Assembly (NCBI GenBank): GCA_013239625.1 | Contig: MU053792.1 | Location: 408,941-472,940 of the forward strand | Direction of reading: 5' to 3' | Source of the DNA: Lama guanicoe | Lineage: Eukaryota | DNA length: 64,000 bases | In this document: one piece after another, positions 38,041-50,899 of the stretch | How the letters are laid out: each line of letters begins with the position of its first letter | How positions within the stretch are numbered: the stretch's first letter is position 1 | Program-made: the position numbers and the translations under genes | The notes under the pieces: generated by a model | The model's database searches: none | Told to the model about the DNA's origin: nothing | What the model saw: only the letters and a program-made list of their open reading frames with translations

Positions 38041-40479
38041 ATTTATGTGTTAATTAAATGGCCAGACACTGTTACAAATATCATCGTATTTTAGGGAAAC
38101 CTTAGGACTGGAGCTGTCTTGGAGCTACAGTTTTACGTTAGCTCCGCATTATACTAGCCTGGTCCTCTCCTTCCTGGAATTATCACAGGATAAGTTTATC
38201 AGAATGATTAGGAGTTATACCAGGCATCCTTGTGACAGACCCCCTTTCAAGAATTTATTAAAGACAATGAACTTAGCAAAAAAAAAAAAAACAAACCCAG
38301 GAACTCTTAAAAATTGCTAGTGCCAGAGGAAAATGGATTTAATAAACAAAATTGATTTGTATTTGAATGACTATTCCAACCAAAAAACAGAACACGTGTA
38401 TGGGAACAGAGGATGGAGAAGACATTCAAACATTATCAAGGCAAAGATTCCTCAGCTAGTCAGTGGCACCCCAGAGAAAAATAAAGGACACAGTAAATTG
38501 TACAGTGTAGTCACACTGGTGCTGCGTAAGTGCCGTTACAACTTACTTTCGTTCCACCCGCCTCGTCTTCACCCAGCACGGTTAAGCATGAGCTAGTCAC
38601 CGTCCTGTGCAGCCCCTTCCTCAGGTCTCCTTTGGATCTTTAGAACCGGTTTCCAGACAGTTTTCTTTTCCTTCCCACGAACCTTCATTTAATTCAGTAC
38701 TTGCCTCCTCCTGGCCTCTCATCTTGTTTCTGACTCATATTTAAACGGCTGCCTCATGAAAGGCCCTCACTTCCTCTGCGTCTTTCATCTCCATTTGCAC
38801 CTATGTCCACTGCTTTTCTTTCAGTTATTGGAAGTAAGTCCTGCTGGCCTTCAACTTAATTGTTCCCTTTCCTTTGTTTCTGTTATAGACACTTCCCCAA
38901 TCTCTATGTTAAAACCAACTTCTTTTTCTGTACCACCTCCCTGAGACATTTAATTTGTAATCAAGGTCTCAAACCATAAACTCCATTTACATAATGGCCG
39001 GACAACTTCTCCACACCCATTCCTCGGCACAGACTTCCGTCATTCAGCTCCAGCCATGCATTGGCTTCATGTCAAAACCAATACTACCTTTCACACCAAT
39101 GCTATAGTATTTAACTCTAGGTCTATCTCTCCACAAAACACTATTTCATGATGTAGTGTTGAAAGTTATTATGACGCACACTGGAAAAAAAAAGATGTTG
39201 ACATTTATCAACCTTGTCACCGGATAAGGTCTGATTTGCTGTAATTAAGGTTGGACTGTACTGAAAATGCATTTTTTTAAATAGAGGGGATGTACTTGAC
39301 TCCACTGTCAGCCCCAAGCATCCAGAGCACCGCTGCACAGTCAGTGGTATGAATGTAGGTGTTTTAAGCTACTGTGAATATAAAACTGAAAAAGATTTAT
39401 GGGCAATAAAAAGAAATATGCTCGTAACTCACAGCTGGCCTGTGAGACCCCTGGCTCTGCTTTGGAGCCACCAAGACAGTTTGTTAGTTTCACTAGACAG
39501 CCCTGGAATTGAAACAGAATGGTCAGGCATCACTAATGTGATTAAGGCTCTTGATTTCATGGTTAAAAAAAATAAATTAGTTGATTTCACAGCTTCCCTT
39601 TTATATGCATCAGGGGTCAGTAATCAGTTGTTGACAACTGACAGGACAACCTTGAAATGTTAGCCAGGAGCTAACGTTAGAACTCCAAGAAAGGTTTTTG
39701 TGCTTACATTTCTTCCACACTGGAAATAAAATTTTCAGTGGCACATTCAAAACAATTGTCTGAACTGATGAAATAACTCTATTTGGTAAATTAACCCATG
39801 TTAATTTTCACACAGTGAATCACCATCTACTCCCTCTCTTTTCAATGTTTGATGAGGCAAACAAATGCAATTTAACGAATGTGCCCAAGTTAAACTTTTT
39901 ACCATGCATTTTGCAAAACTAAGGTATGTTTAACATGTGAAAAAATTAAACATCACTGAATATTTTAGCTTTCTTTTTTAATAACCTGCACAACACTCTG
40001 TTAATTCCTGCTAAACTATTTCCATTAATTTTCAATCATCAGAACAGTTAAGTCAAAATGACAACATATATGTCCTTGCTGTTTACTAATTGGTCATTTT
40101 TTTGAACACAGGTAAGATTAGATTTTCATAGGTTACTAGTGAATTTAACCACTAGTTAGCTGGTGATAATCTGCACCTTTTCCTCTCTCCTCCAAAATTT
40201 GTCCTGGAGATGAGATGTGAAAACCTTTGTCTTTCTAGATCTTAAATAAGAATGTGCAAACCACCCCTACTTGGAGGCTGTGCAACATGTTATAATAAAT
40301 TCTCACAAGGAATTTCTTCTACAACCCCAAAGAAAGACTACCAATTACTCCAATTAGTTAATAGATATATTTTGTATAGTATGAATGTAAACGAGGAAAT
40401 TATCCAGGGAAAAAATTGTGATCTTATGCTGGCAGTTTAGAGTTGTCTGAGGGACAAACCAGACTGACTGAACAATCCC

Positions 40480-40565
40480 ATCTCACACAGCAATCAATGG
40501 CAGATGCGGACTTAGAACCCAGGACCCCAGAATCTAGTCTGGGTGATTCTAACTACTGATCACCG
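40480..40565 (-). mobile_element. MIR fragment
   Basis: tcacacagcaatcaatggcagatgcggacttagaacccagg. Confidence 0.55.
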
Positions 40566-41024
40566 CTCCTTTTTCTTTTCATATAACCCTTTTTAGTAGA
40601 CCCATGGCATTTACATCAATTAACACTAGCTCTTTTGACTTTTTGAAAACGACCATGATATGCATGCAGTAATTTTCAGTTTTGTTTTGAGGCAGGATTT
40701 GAATTGTTCATGTGGTGAGATTTATGTGCATGAGGGAGCCCCCGTCTAGTGTAGGGGACACCTAATAGCACCTAAGCCTAGGAAAACTCCAATACTTGCC
40801 CCTCTGTATAGTTTTTTGGTCCTTCCTACTAATCATTTCTCACTCAACTACCTTCAGAAGAAGCACTGTATCTATTTTTATAATTAGATTATAAAAGAAA
40901 CACAAAATGATAATATCATTGAAGGCAGTGAGAACAATCCAAAGGAGGGGATACTTTCTAAAACACAAATATAAATTTGGGATTAACTAAAAAGTTAATG
41001 TGGATCAGTTATATGTGGCTAATG

Positions 41025-41815
41025 GGAGGTTAAAATGATACAGCCACACTGGCAATCTCTTCACTGTAATAAAACTAAACATGCAGCCATCACATAACCT
41101 AACATTTGCACTCTTGACATGTTTCCATCAGAGCAATGAAACCTTATGTTCACACAAAAACCTGTACATAATTGTTCATAGAAGTTTTATTTGAAATAGT
41201 CAAAAACTGAAAGGAACCAGATGTCCTTTAATAAATGAATGGTTAAACAGAGTGTGGTACACCCAAATCACAGAAAACTACTTAGCTATAAAAACAAATG
41301 AATCATTGACACATGCAACAATTTGGATGCATCTCCAGACAATCATGGTAAATGAAAATGCCCAGTCTCAAAAGGTTACTTGCTATAAGACTCCATTTAT
41401 GTGACACTTTTGGAATGACAGAATTTTATAAGTGGAGAATATAATGCTTTCCAGGTGTTGGGGATGAGAGTGAGGAGAGAAGACAGAAGTGAGGTGGGTG
41501 TTGTTATAAAAAGGGGTCCTTGTGGTGATGGAACTGTCAGTATCTTGACTGTGTAGTGGACACATGAAACTATACATGTGGTAAAAATTACATAGAACAA
41601 AATGCACACACATGTATATATATATATATAAACTAATACAAGTTGGGGAAATGTGAATCAGATCAGTGGATTATATCAATGCCAAAACATTGCATTGTTT
41701 TGGAAATGATATCATTGTGGGAAATTGGAAAAAGTGTACATGGGATCTTTGTGATTATTTCTCATAACTGTATGAGAACTTACAATTGTCTCAGTAATAA
41801 ATGTCACTTAAAATA
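41025..41815 (+). mobile_element. L1MC/MD-type 3' end
   Basis: ttatgttcacacaaaaacctgtac, aaaggttacttgctataagactccatttat, ggtgatggaactgtcagtatcttgactgtg. Confidence 0.85.
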
Positions 41816-42708
41816 GTTTGAATTTAAAATGTTGATTTTGTTGAAATTATTGGTGGCTTATATTTCTGATATATTTATTTATTTACTGTGTGTATATATA
41901 TATATATGTTTATTTCATATAAATATATATATATTTAGTTCATATAAAATTGCTATATAAGTAAACGATTAAAAAGCCACTTTTAAAATTGTTTGAATGA
42001 GAGCTTTATCTAGCACAATACAAATATACTGAATTTGTGAGTGAGGATCAGTGATAGTTTCAGGAATTATCCCTCAAAAAATACTTAACAATAACTACAG
42101 AACAGGTCCTGATGGTTCAAAATGGTGGTGGTAACAAGCCAGCAAAGCCACATCTCTATTTGCACCCCGGTGAGTTGTGGTTGACTCTCTTTCCCAATTC
42201 ATGTTTCCAAGTCCACAGATTGGAAACAATCAACCCAAAGACTAATAAGAATCCACAACCAGATGAAGCTTAAATGAGATCAGCAAACTTGCACAGAGAC
42301 GCCACATAGATAGATGGGACAGGGGACCCTCCACTCTTCAGGTATAAGCCTTGACTTCTATTTTTCTAAGATAATAACATGTGAAACTGCTTGGCATGCT
42401 TTGCAAAATTGTTCCATCTCTCCAAAAGGAAACTTAGCCTTACATGTTAGGAAATTGTTACTCAATAATTTGTTTCAAAGAATCAGAAAAGAACTGTTCA
42501 TGATGGAAGTGCAGTTGGCTCGGCTGAGTCTCCCAAGTCTAACTTAATAGAGCCTAGGGTTGGCAAAAGATATATACTTTTTTAACATAGTAAGACCCAA
42601 AAGTCACTCTAGAAGTCATAAATCTTGATACAAACTCAGAAATAGAACTACTGACAAATAATAAGCTCACTCAGTGGGAGATATTGGAGTTATTAAAATA
42701 CTTTAACT

Positions 42709-43307
42709 CACAGTGTCCTTTTGTTTTTGTTTTTGTTTAGATGCCACATATGAATATCACATGATATTTTTCTTTCTCTTTCTGGTTTACTTCATTTAGA
42801 ATGACAATCTCTAGGTCCATCCATGTTGCTACAAATGACATTATTTTATTCCTTTTTATGGCAGAGTAGTATTCCATTGTATAAATATACATTTCTTTAT
42901 CCAGTCATCTGTCAATGAACATTTAGGTGGTTTCCATGTCTTGGCTATTGTAAATAGTGCTGCTGTGAACATTGGGGTGCATGTATCTTTTCGCATTACA
43001 GTTCCCTACAGATACATGCCCAGGAGTGGCATTGCTGGATCATATGGTAAGTCTATTTTTAGTTTTTTGAAGAATCAGATAAATTTGGGAGTTTGACATT
43101 TACAAATGTAAGCCACTATATGTAAAAATAGATTCTTAAAAACTTTCTTTTGTATAGCACAGGGAACTATGTTCAATATCTTATAATAATGTTTAATGGA
43201 AAAAAATATGAAAACAAATATATGTATGTATATGCATGACTAGGACATTGTGCTGTATACCAGAGATTGACATATTGTCACTGGCTGTGCTTCAATTAAA
43301 AAAAAAA
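42709..43307 (+). mobile_element. Lineage-specific LINE-1 3' end with 5' inversion
   Basis: Inverted piece 42709-43075 (tccatccatgttgct, attccattgt, ggatcatatggtaagtctatt), then sense 3' UTR gataaatttgggagtttg...tatagcacagggaact...A-tail. Confidence 0.85.
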
Positions 43308-43445
43308 GAAAGAGAAAATCAACCAGCAAAACAAACAAACAAACAAACAAACAAAAATGACAGCATTTACATTGTGTTTTACTGTTATAATCCTTTTTTG
43401 TATAAATCACCTTGATCAATTCTTATAATAACCACACTCTAGTGA

Positions 43446-43690
43446 GCCTCAGGGCCTTTGCACATGCTTTTCTCATTGTTTGGATAGTTCTTCCCACCTG
43501 TCTTTCCCTAGTTCTACTAATGCTTCAGGTCTCAACTCAATGATCACTTTATCAAGGTAAACCTCCCTTACGTCACTATCCATGCCAGATATCTCTGTTA
43601 CACACTCATGGCACCAGTACCTTCCTTTGTTTCTCGTATCACAATTGCAATTATAAATGAGTGGGCATGAGTATTTACTTATAATAGCTC
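43446..43690 (+). mobile_element. L2 LINE fragment
   Basis: cctcagggcctttgcacatgct...tcaggtctcaactcaatgatcactt. Confidence 0.75.
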
Positions 43691-43706
43691 TATAATATAA
43701 AGTCAT

Positions 43707-43912
43707 TGTTGAGAAGTGCCTGCCCAGCCAGAATGTATTTCTCAGTCATCTTAATATTTTGGGGAAGGGAAAGATGCATATGACCAGTTCTGACTAATGA
43801 AATATGAACAGACGTGTGGCATTTCTGGGTCTCAGCGTTTAAAAAGCAGGTGTGCCTTCTTCGTCTTCTCTTGTGCTTCTCCTGCCTAGGTGCAGTGGCT
43901 TCTGAGGCCCAA
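43707..43912 (+). mobile_element. MaLR LTR fragment (MLT1J-like)
   Basis: tatttctcagtc...catatgaccagttctgactaatgaaat...tttaaaaagcaggtgtgccttct. Confidence 0.65.
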
Positions 43913-43914
43913 GG

Positions 43915-43985
43915 GCAGTGGTTTCAGACTTGATTTCAATATTAGAATCACTAGGAAACTTTAAAAAGTCTGATACCTCTGCTGC
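43915..43985. mobile_element. hAT-Charlie MER5-like fragment
   Basis: cagtggtttcagactt...attagaatcactaggaaactttaaaaa. Confidence 0.55.
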
Positions 43986-44329
43986 ATTAAATCTCTGTAA
44001 AATATTTTTAAAAATAAGATAACTTAAATCTAAAATCACATTTTCATAGTTAACAGTGTTTGAAACTATTTACAATTAACAAAATAAAAATATAGACAGT
44101 AGACTTAAAAATACGTTTCAACAAGAGTATATGTGACTATGTGTTTATATGTAGGGAGAGATACATCAATACTTTATACATCAAATGTGTGCAAATGATT
44201 AGAAAGGAATCGCTACATAATTAGACAATAAAAAGTTTGGAGGGTAAATCAGGGTTTATGCTCAACTGTAATCAATGAGCAACATACAAACAACGAAGTA
44301 AGAGATGACTATGATCTCTGTGAATTTAT

Positions 44330-45100
44330 GGTGATAGAATCTTCCCAAAGGGCAAGTTCAAAACGGTTCAGCCTTTTGGGAAAGTGGTTTGGCAATATGT
44401 CCAAATGTTATGCATGTAACCCTCAGCCCCAAAGTCTGTTAGCACCTCAACTGAGAGAACCAAAATTTAGTACATTAGCTGGTAACATTTGATTACAGTC
44501 TGTAATTAGTGATAGTGCTGCATTAATGCTCATGTTCTGATTTTGATAACAGTACTATGGCTATCTAAGATATCAGCAAATTAGGGGAATTTGGGTGAAG
44601 GCTGCATAGGAATTTTTGCTAGTTTCATTTAAGTTTAATAATTCCAAAATAAAAAGTTAAAAAAGGAAAGGAAGAAAATGTAGGGACAAGAAGTGAAAAG
44701 AAAAGGAAAAAAAAAGAACAGAAAAGAAAAACAAAGTGGCAAACCAACATAGAAGATAAAGATTTTGTTCCTTGAATACCAAAGTTTATTGTTAATGCAG
44801 TAAAATCTATGGACAAAGACAAAAATATCCTTATTTGCAGACATGTTTCTCCATATAAAGCCAAAGTTACAGTTCACCAGAATGTGTAGATGTGAAATGA
44901 ATAACTTAAAATCAAGATATACCAATTTCCTTGATATACTAATGATGAATTGGAGAATTGTAGGGGATAATTTGATTCATAAAAGAAGCCAAAAACTAAA
45001 AAATACCTAGGCATAATATTAAGAAGAAATTTAATGTGTGTATAAATGGGAAAATATACAAGTAGCATATATGACTTAAGAGGCAAAGTAATTCATCGAA
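44330..45100 (+). mobile_element. Old L1ME-type fragments (3' end plus ORF2 piece)
   Basis: cagccttttgggaaagtggtttggcaatat; ttaggggaatttgggtgaagg; aattccaaaataaaaagttaaaaaa; ttatttgcagacatg; aaatacctaggcataa. Confidence 0.6.
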
Positions 45101-45194
45101 TATTGTTTAAATATCTATAATGGAAAAATCTAAGACAAATGAACAAGATATTTTTGGATATGGAAATAAATAAGCACAATAGAAACTTCAATAA

Positions 45195-45330
45195 CTGTAT
45201 TAATTTATTAAAATACTTAATGGACACATACTATGCTAACAGCTGTGGGAGAGAGGAGGAACACAAAACGCATGACCCTGTCCTCACTGAGCTCACACTT
45301 GCCTGCTACAAGACACAAGTATAACACAGT
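45195..45330 (-). mobile_element. L2 3' end fragment
   Basis: aaatacttaatggacacatactatgc...accctgtcctcactgagctcaca. Confidence 0.6.
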
Positions 45331-45378
45331 TCTAACACTGTAAAATCAAAGTGCTTGGGGAGCAATTAATAGAGAGTC

Positions 45379-45860
45379 TGTATTAACCTGTGCTCGTTAA
45401 GCTGGGAGTGTCACCAATCCAACCCAAAATGGCTTAAGGTAAATAGGAATTGATTAGCTCATGTTGAAAAAATTATATAAAGCTTTACTGACAGATTCTA
45501 ACAACGTTATCAGGACTCAGTCTCCACCATCAGACTTTGCTTCCCTTATTGTCAGCTTTGGTCTCATGTTGAGTGTCCACAGTGGCAGGATAAAGATCTC
45601 TAGAATATCTAGTTTACATCCTACTGACTTCAAATCCATAGCAAGGGTGCTTCTCATTCTCAATAGTTCAAAATAAAGGTATGGAATTATGTCTTTGGGA
45701 CAACTGGGATGGCTTCAGCCACATGTCCATCCATTTTGGCCTTTGATACCAACAAATGCTGTTTTCTGATTGATCATGCCTGTGACATGACTGCTTTGTA
45801 ACCAGCAGTGGAGACATTTCTACTGAAATCACGTGGATTGAAATTGAGTAAATTCTAGAG
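45379..45860 (-). mobile_element. Old MaLR LTR (MLT1K/L-like)
   Basis: ccaacccaaaatggcttaagg...gaattgattagctcatg...cacatgtccatcc...tctgattgatca. Confidence 0.6.
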
Positions 45861-45867
45861 AAGCGAG

Positions 45868-48190
45868 TTTTCTTTCTCTTTCTGGCTTCCTCACTTAGAA
45901 TGATGATTTCCAGGTTCATCCATGTTGCTGCAAATGGCATTATTTTTTTTTTAATGGCTGAGGAGTATTCCAAAGTATAAGTGTACCACAGCTTCTTTAC
46001 TGAGTAATCTGTTGATGGACATTTTGGTTGATTCCATGTCTATCGTTTATAGTGCTGCTATGCATATTGTGGTGCATGTGTCTTTCTGAATTAAGTTCCC
46101 TCTGGATATATGCTCAGGAGTGGGATTCCTGGATCATATGGTGAGTCTACTTTTAGTCTTTTGAGGAATCTCCATACTGTTTTCCGTAACGGCTACAACA
46201 AACTACATTCCCACCAACAGTGTGAGAGGGTTCTCTTTTCTCCACAGCCTCTCCAGCATTTACCATTTGTTGAGTTTTGAATGGTGGCCATTCTGACTGG
46301 TGTGAGGTGATACCTCATTGTAGTTGGATTTACATTTCTCTGATAATTAGCAATGTTGAGCACTTTTTCATGTACCTATCGGCCATTTGTACATCTTCAC
46401 TGGAGAAATGCTTGTTTAGATTTTCTGTTCTTTTTTGGATTGGGTTGTTTGGTTTTTTCTTATTAAGTTATATGAGCAGTTTATACATTCTGGAGACTAA
46501 ACCTTTGTCTGTCTCATCATGTCCAAATATTTTCTATGATTCTGCAGATTGTTGTTTTGTCTTGCTTATGGTTTCCTTTGCTGTGCAAAAGCTTATAAGT
46601 TTAATTAAGTTTCATGTATTTATTTTTGTTCTTATTAATATTGCCTGGGTAGACTGTCCTAGGAGAACATTGCTAATATTTGTGTCAGAAAATATTTTGC
46701 CTGTTTTCTTCTAGGAGATTTATGGTGTCCTCCCTTATGTTTAAATCTTGAAGCCATTTTGAATTTGCTTTTGTGTATGGTGTGAGGGAGTGTTCTAACT
46801 TCATTGATTTACATGTGGCTGTCCAGTCTTCCCAATACCACTTGCCTAAGAGACTGTCTTTTCTCTGTTGTGTATTCTTTCCTCCTTTTTTGAAGAATAA
46901 TTGACCATTAGTCTGTGGGTTTATTTCCAGGCTTTCTATTCTGTTCCATTGATACATATGTCTGTTTTTATGCCAGTACCACACTGTTTCGATTACTGTA
47001 TCTCTGTAGTATTGCCTGAAGGATAGGAAGGTTATTCCTCTAGCTTCGTTCATTTTCTTCTGTACAGCTTTGTCAATTCTGGAAATTTTGTGATTCTATA
47101 TAAGTTTTAGGATATTTTTTCTCATTCAGTGAAAAAGGTCCTGGGTAATTTGAAAGGAGTTACATTAAATCTGTAGATTCCTATGGGTAGTATGGCCATT
47201 TTATCAATATTTGGTCCAAGAGCATAAGATATCTTTCCATTTATTTAAATCATCTTTAATTTGCTTAGTCAAGTCTTTATAGTTCTCCATGTTTAAGTCT
47301 TTGACCTCCTTGGTCAGATATATTCCTAAGTACATTTTGGGGGATGCAATTTTAAAAAGGGATTGTTTCTTTACTTATTTTGTTGTTGATATTTTGCTGT
47401 TAGTGTAAAGAAATTCAGCTGATTCCTGTATGTTACTCTTGTATCCTGCTATTTTGCAGGATTCTTTCACCAGCTCTAGTAGTTTTTGTGTGGAGTTTTT
47501 CAACTTTACTATATACAGTATCATGTTGCCTGCATATAATGGCAACTTTACCTCTTCTTTTCCAATTTAAATCCTTTATTTTTCTTTTTCTTACCTGATT
47601 GCTGTGGCTAGTACTTTCAAGACTATGTTGAATAGAAGTGGACAACCTTGTCTTGTCCCAGATTTTAGTGGAAGTTTTTCAGTTTTTCACCATGAGTACT
47701 ATGCTAGCTGTAGGTTTGTCATAAATAGCTTTTATTATGTTGAGATTTGTTCCCTTTATACCAAGTTTGTAAGAGTTTTTATTATAAATGTGTGTTAAAC
47801 TTTATCTAATGCTTTTTCTGCATCTATTGAGATGATCATGTGATTTTTGTCCTTTCTTTTGTTGATGTGGTATATCACATTGATTGATTTGCATGTTAAA
47901 CCATTGGTGTGTCCCTGGTATGAATGCAACTTTATCATGGTATATGCTCTTTTTTATGTGTTGTTGGATTCTATTTGCTAATATGTTGTTGAGGATTTCT
48001 GCATCTACGTTCATCAATGATATTGGCCTGTAATTTTCTTTTTTGGTAGTGTCTTTTTCTGGTTTTGGTATCAGGGTGATTGTGGCTTCATAGAATGAGT
48101 TTAAGAGTATTCTCTCCTCCTCAGTCTTTTGAAAGAGCTTGAGAAGGATTCGTATGAGCTCTCCTTTGTATATTTGGTGGAATTCTGCAG
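45868..48190 (-). mobile_element. Relatively young LINE-1, ORF2 3' half, reverse strand
   Basis: ORF-track peptides [63 protein letters not shown]. Confidence 0.95.
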
Positions 48191-48429
48191 TTGTAATTTA
48201 TAATGCTCCCATTATCACCTTTTAATTTGAAGTGATATAGCCACCATCCAATGAAAATCCAAAATTATATTTCCAATAAAGTTCTGAGATTGGGAACAGA
48301 AAGCCATAGTTAATTAAATGATAAGTGTTTAGTTTATATGGATTTTTCATAAAAAATAATTCTGTTCTTTTTTAAATCTCTTTTGTATATGTTTTATTTC
48401 TTAACTTTGTCTGTTAAGGACTGTGTTTT

Positions 48430-48710
48430 ATAGCATAATATAGTATTTAAGAGTTTATAATTGGGAGTATAGAGACCTGGGTTCAAATCTTCCTCCGCCA
48501 TTTACTAACTTTGTGAACTTGAAAAAAGTTATTTAACACCTCAAAGCATATTTTTGTAATCCATACAATTTTTTAAATTTATTTATGCCACAAGTGTTTA
48601 TTAAATACCTAATTTTTCTAGGTTTCTAAATAGACTACACAATAATGGAAGTAAAATGATTAAAAATACTTAATAAGCCCTTAATAAATATTTGCTATTA
48701 TTGTTACTAT
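48430..48710 (+). mobile_element. MIR SINE (interrupted)
   Basis: agacctgggttcaaatcttcctccgccatttactaactttgtgaacttg. Confidence 0.7.
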
Positions 48711-49528
48711 TTCAAATATTCCTCCTTATTTTAAGGAAAGAAAGAATTAAACACAAGGCTATATTTTATTGTCAATATTCCTTCATTGTGTGCTATTTTG
48801 CTGCTGAAAATCAAATTATCAATGCATAAAATAATTTCAAAATTCTGGCATTTATATTGGTTAGAAAAAAGATTTTTATTAAAGCAATACCAAGGTTATA
48901 TGTGGAAGCCATGCTGGAAAATTGTGCATGAGCTCTTCCAAGCCCTTTAAAACTTTGAAAGCAAATATTTAAATGAATCCTAAAAAGAAATGCATGGAAT
49001 GATTTAATATAAAAAAAAAATCTTCCTTTTTTTCTCTCAAAGTTTCTTTCCTGAAATTAAAATATAAGAGTCAGGCATAGCTTCCTATATTTACTAAATG
49101 GGAAGGGAAAGTTTACATAATTCAGTTCCCTAGTTTTTATGTGGAAAGCTTGTGTTCCCTGAGCTAGAACTCAAGGTTAGTTTTCCTTTTGTGTTCAAGC
49201 TGCTTTTCTCCACTGGTATTCTAAAAAGCAGCATGCTTTTCTTCACAAAGATGGGTCAGATTCCTTTTTCTAGATGAGCACTATTAGCATCCACTGAGTA
49301 ATAAGAAAAATAAATGTATTTCTTTAGCAAACAAGAGCAATTTGGCTGAAGAGCTAGGGAAAAGCTAGTGTTATTTTCTTTTCTAAATGATGTCTTGCAT
49401 TTCAAAATTTGCAAATTAAAAGGGGGAGTCCTGTGACCCTTTACTGTCCACCAGTGCTTTAGTTCTTTGCTCTTTAGAAGCCCACAATGTAGTACTACAC
49501 AGAGACTATCCTCATCAAAGGCACCTGT

Positions 49529-49897
49529 TGTATTTGTTTGCTAGGGCTCACCCTAACAAAGTACCATAAAAGTTTATTTCCTCTGTCCTGGACACTAGTG
49601 GACTAAGATCAAAGTGTCAGCAGAACTTGTCTCTTCTCACGTCTCTCTTTGGCTTGCAGGTGGCCGTCTTCTCCCTATGTCTTCACATTGTTCTTCTCTC
49701 TATGCCTGTCTGTGTCCAAATTTCCTCTTATAAGGAAACAAGTGGTATTAAGTTACTATCCACCTCAGTGATGCCATTTAACCTTAATTGCCCCTTTAAA
49801 GCCCTTATTTCCAAATACAGTCACATTCTATGGTGTTGGGTCAGGACTACAACTTACGGATTTGGTAGGTGAAGTGAGACGCAATTCAGCCCTTAAC
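49529..49897 (-). mobile_element. MaLR solo LTR (MLT1A/B-like)
   Basis: tgtatttgtttgctagggct...aacaaagtacca...tccaaatacagtcacattct...caattcagccctta; 5-bp TSD-like cctgt (49524-49528) / cctga (49898-49902). Confidence 0.85.
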
Positions 49898-50011
49898 CCT
49901 GATAACCTGGTTCCACAGTGTAAAAAGTGTGTCGCATATATACCATCCAATTGTTTGCAATTTTTTTTTTAATTCCCAAAGATAGCCCTCCCAGATGAGA
50001 GCTAATTTTTT

Positions 50012-50899
50012 TAACAATTAACATTTTATTTTTAAAAAAATCTAACCACCCCATGGTAAAGGGTCACCAACTATTTATGACAAAGAAAGTATATGTCCTA
50101 GGATTACAAAGACAATAAGAATCAGAAGATCTTTATTTCTAAGGAACTAGTGCTAGACAGCTCTGTTTCAGAGCCCCTAGGAGGGAGGAAGAGATGACAG
50201 ATGAAATTCTTCAGGGCTATGTTTTTAAAAATGCCGTCAGAAGAGAAGACAGGGACAGCACAAAGACCAGCACTGACAGTTTTAAGGGAGAGACCATCCA
50301 AAACAAAATTCACCACTTCCCTTCAGAAGAGTCTGGACATTGAGCACAACTTTAAAAGGCAGGGACTAAGACAGCATTACATTAAATAACTCTTAAATGG
50401 TCAGACCACAGGCTGAATTTTTACAGGACTGAATCTATAAACACAGAATAATTTTCCCTCATGTAGTAATGTAAAAAGTCAATTAAATCTCACAAGATAC
50501 TTTTCAGTGTTCTAAATTACAGGATTTTAAATAAATACCTTTTTCTATACAATACAGCATTATTTAAAATCTTATTTTTACAAGTGCTGATTCAGTCCTC
50601 CCTTAGGCTGCAGAAAAGTCCCCAAATGACTGTGGACAGTGCCTTACTGGGCCCCAAATATTTCCCCTGTTACCATTTCACAAAAAGCATGTTATGAGTG
50701 GTTTTGTACAGATGGTTTCAATGCTGTTTAAAATCACAGAAGACTGAGTTGGCCCTGCTTATATTGGAGGGAAAAACTTGAAAGAAAGGATGGTTCAACC
50801 CCCACCACTGTTAAGCTGTGGATAAGGGATGACAGTCAGGTGTTTAGGTCTTCTTGGTTTCCATACCAAACTCCAGTTTGTTGCATAATCTCCTCAAGA
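50012..50899 (-). pseudogene. Probable 5'-truncated processed retrocopy (mostly 3' UTR) of an unidentified mRNA
   Basis: Flanking direct repeat ctaatttttt (50002-50011, 50900-50909); minus-strand AATAAA (50030-50025) 12 nt before an A7 run; no TE similarity recognised. Confidence 0.5.

Noticed and set aside
46277..46714. 145-aa hydrophobic ORF and similar ORFs (444-734, 57987-58340, 59552-59896)
   Set aside because: Antisense readings of L1 ORF2, a common source of spurious membrane-like peptides.
50194..50343. Plus-strand short ORF MTDEILQGYVFKNAVRRED... and overlapping ORF-track entries
   Set aside because: No recognisable homology; lies inside the putative retrocopied 3' UTR.
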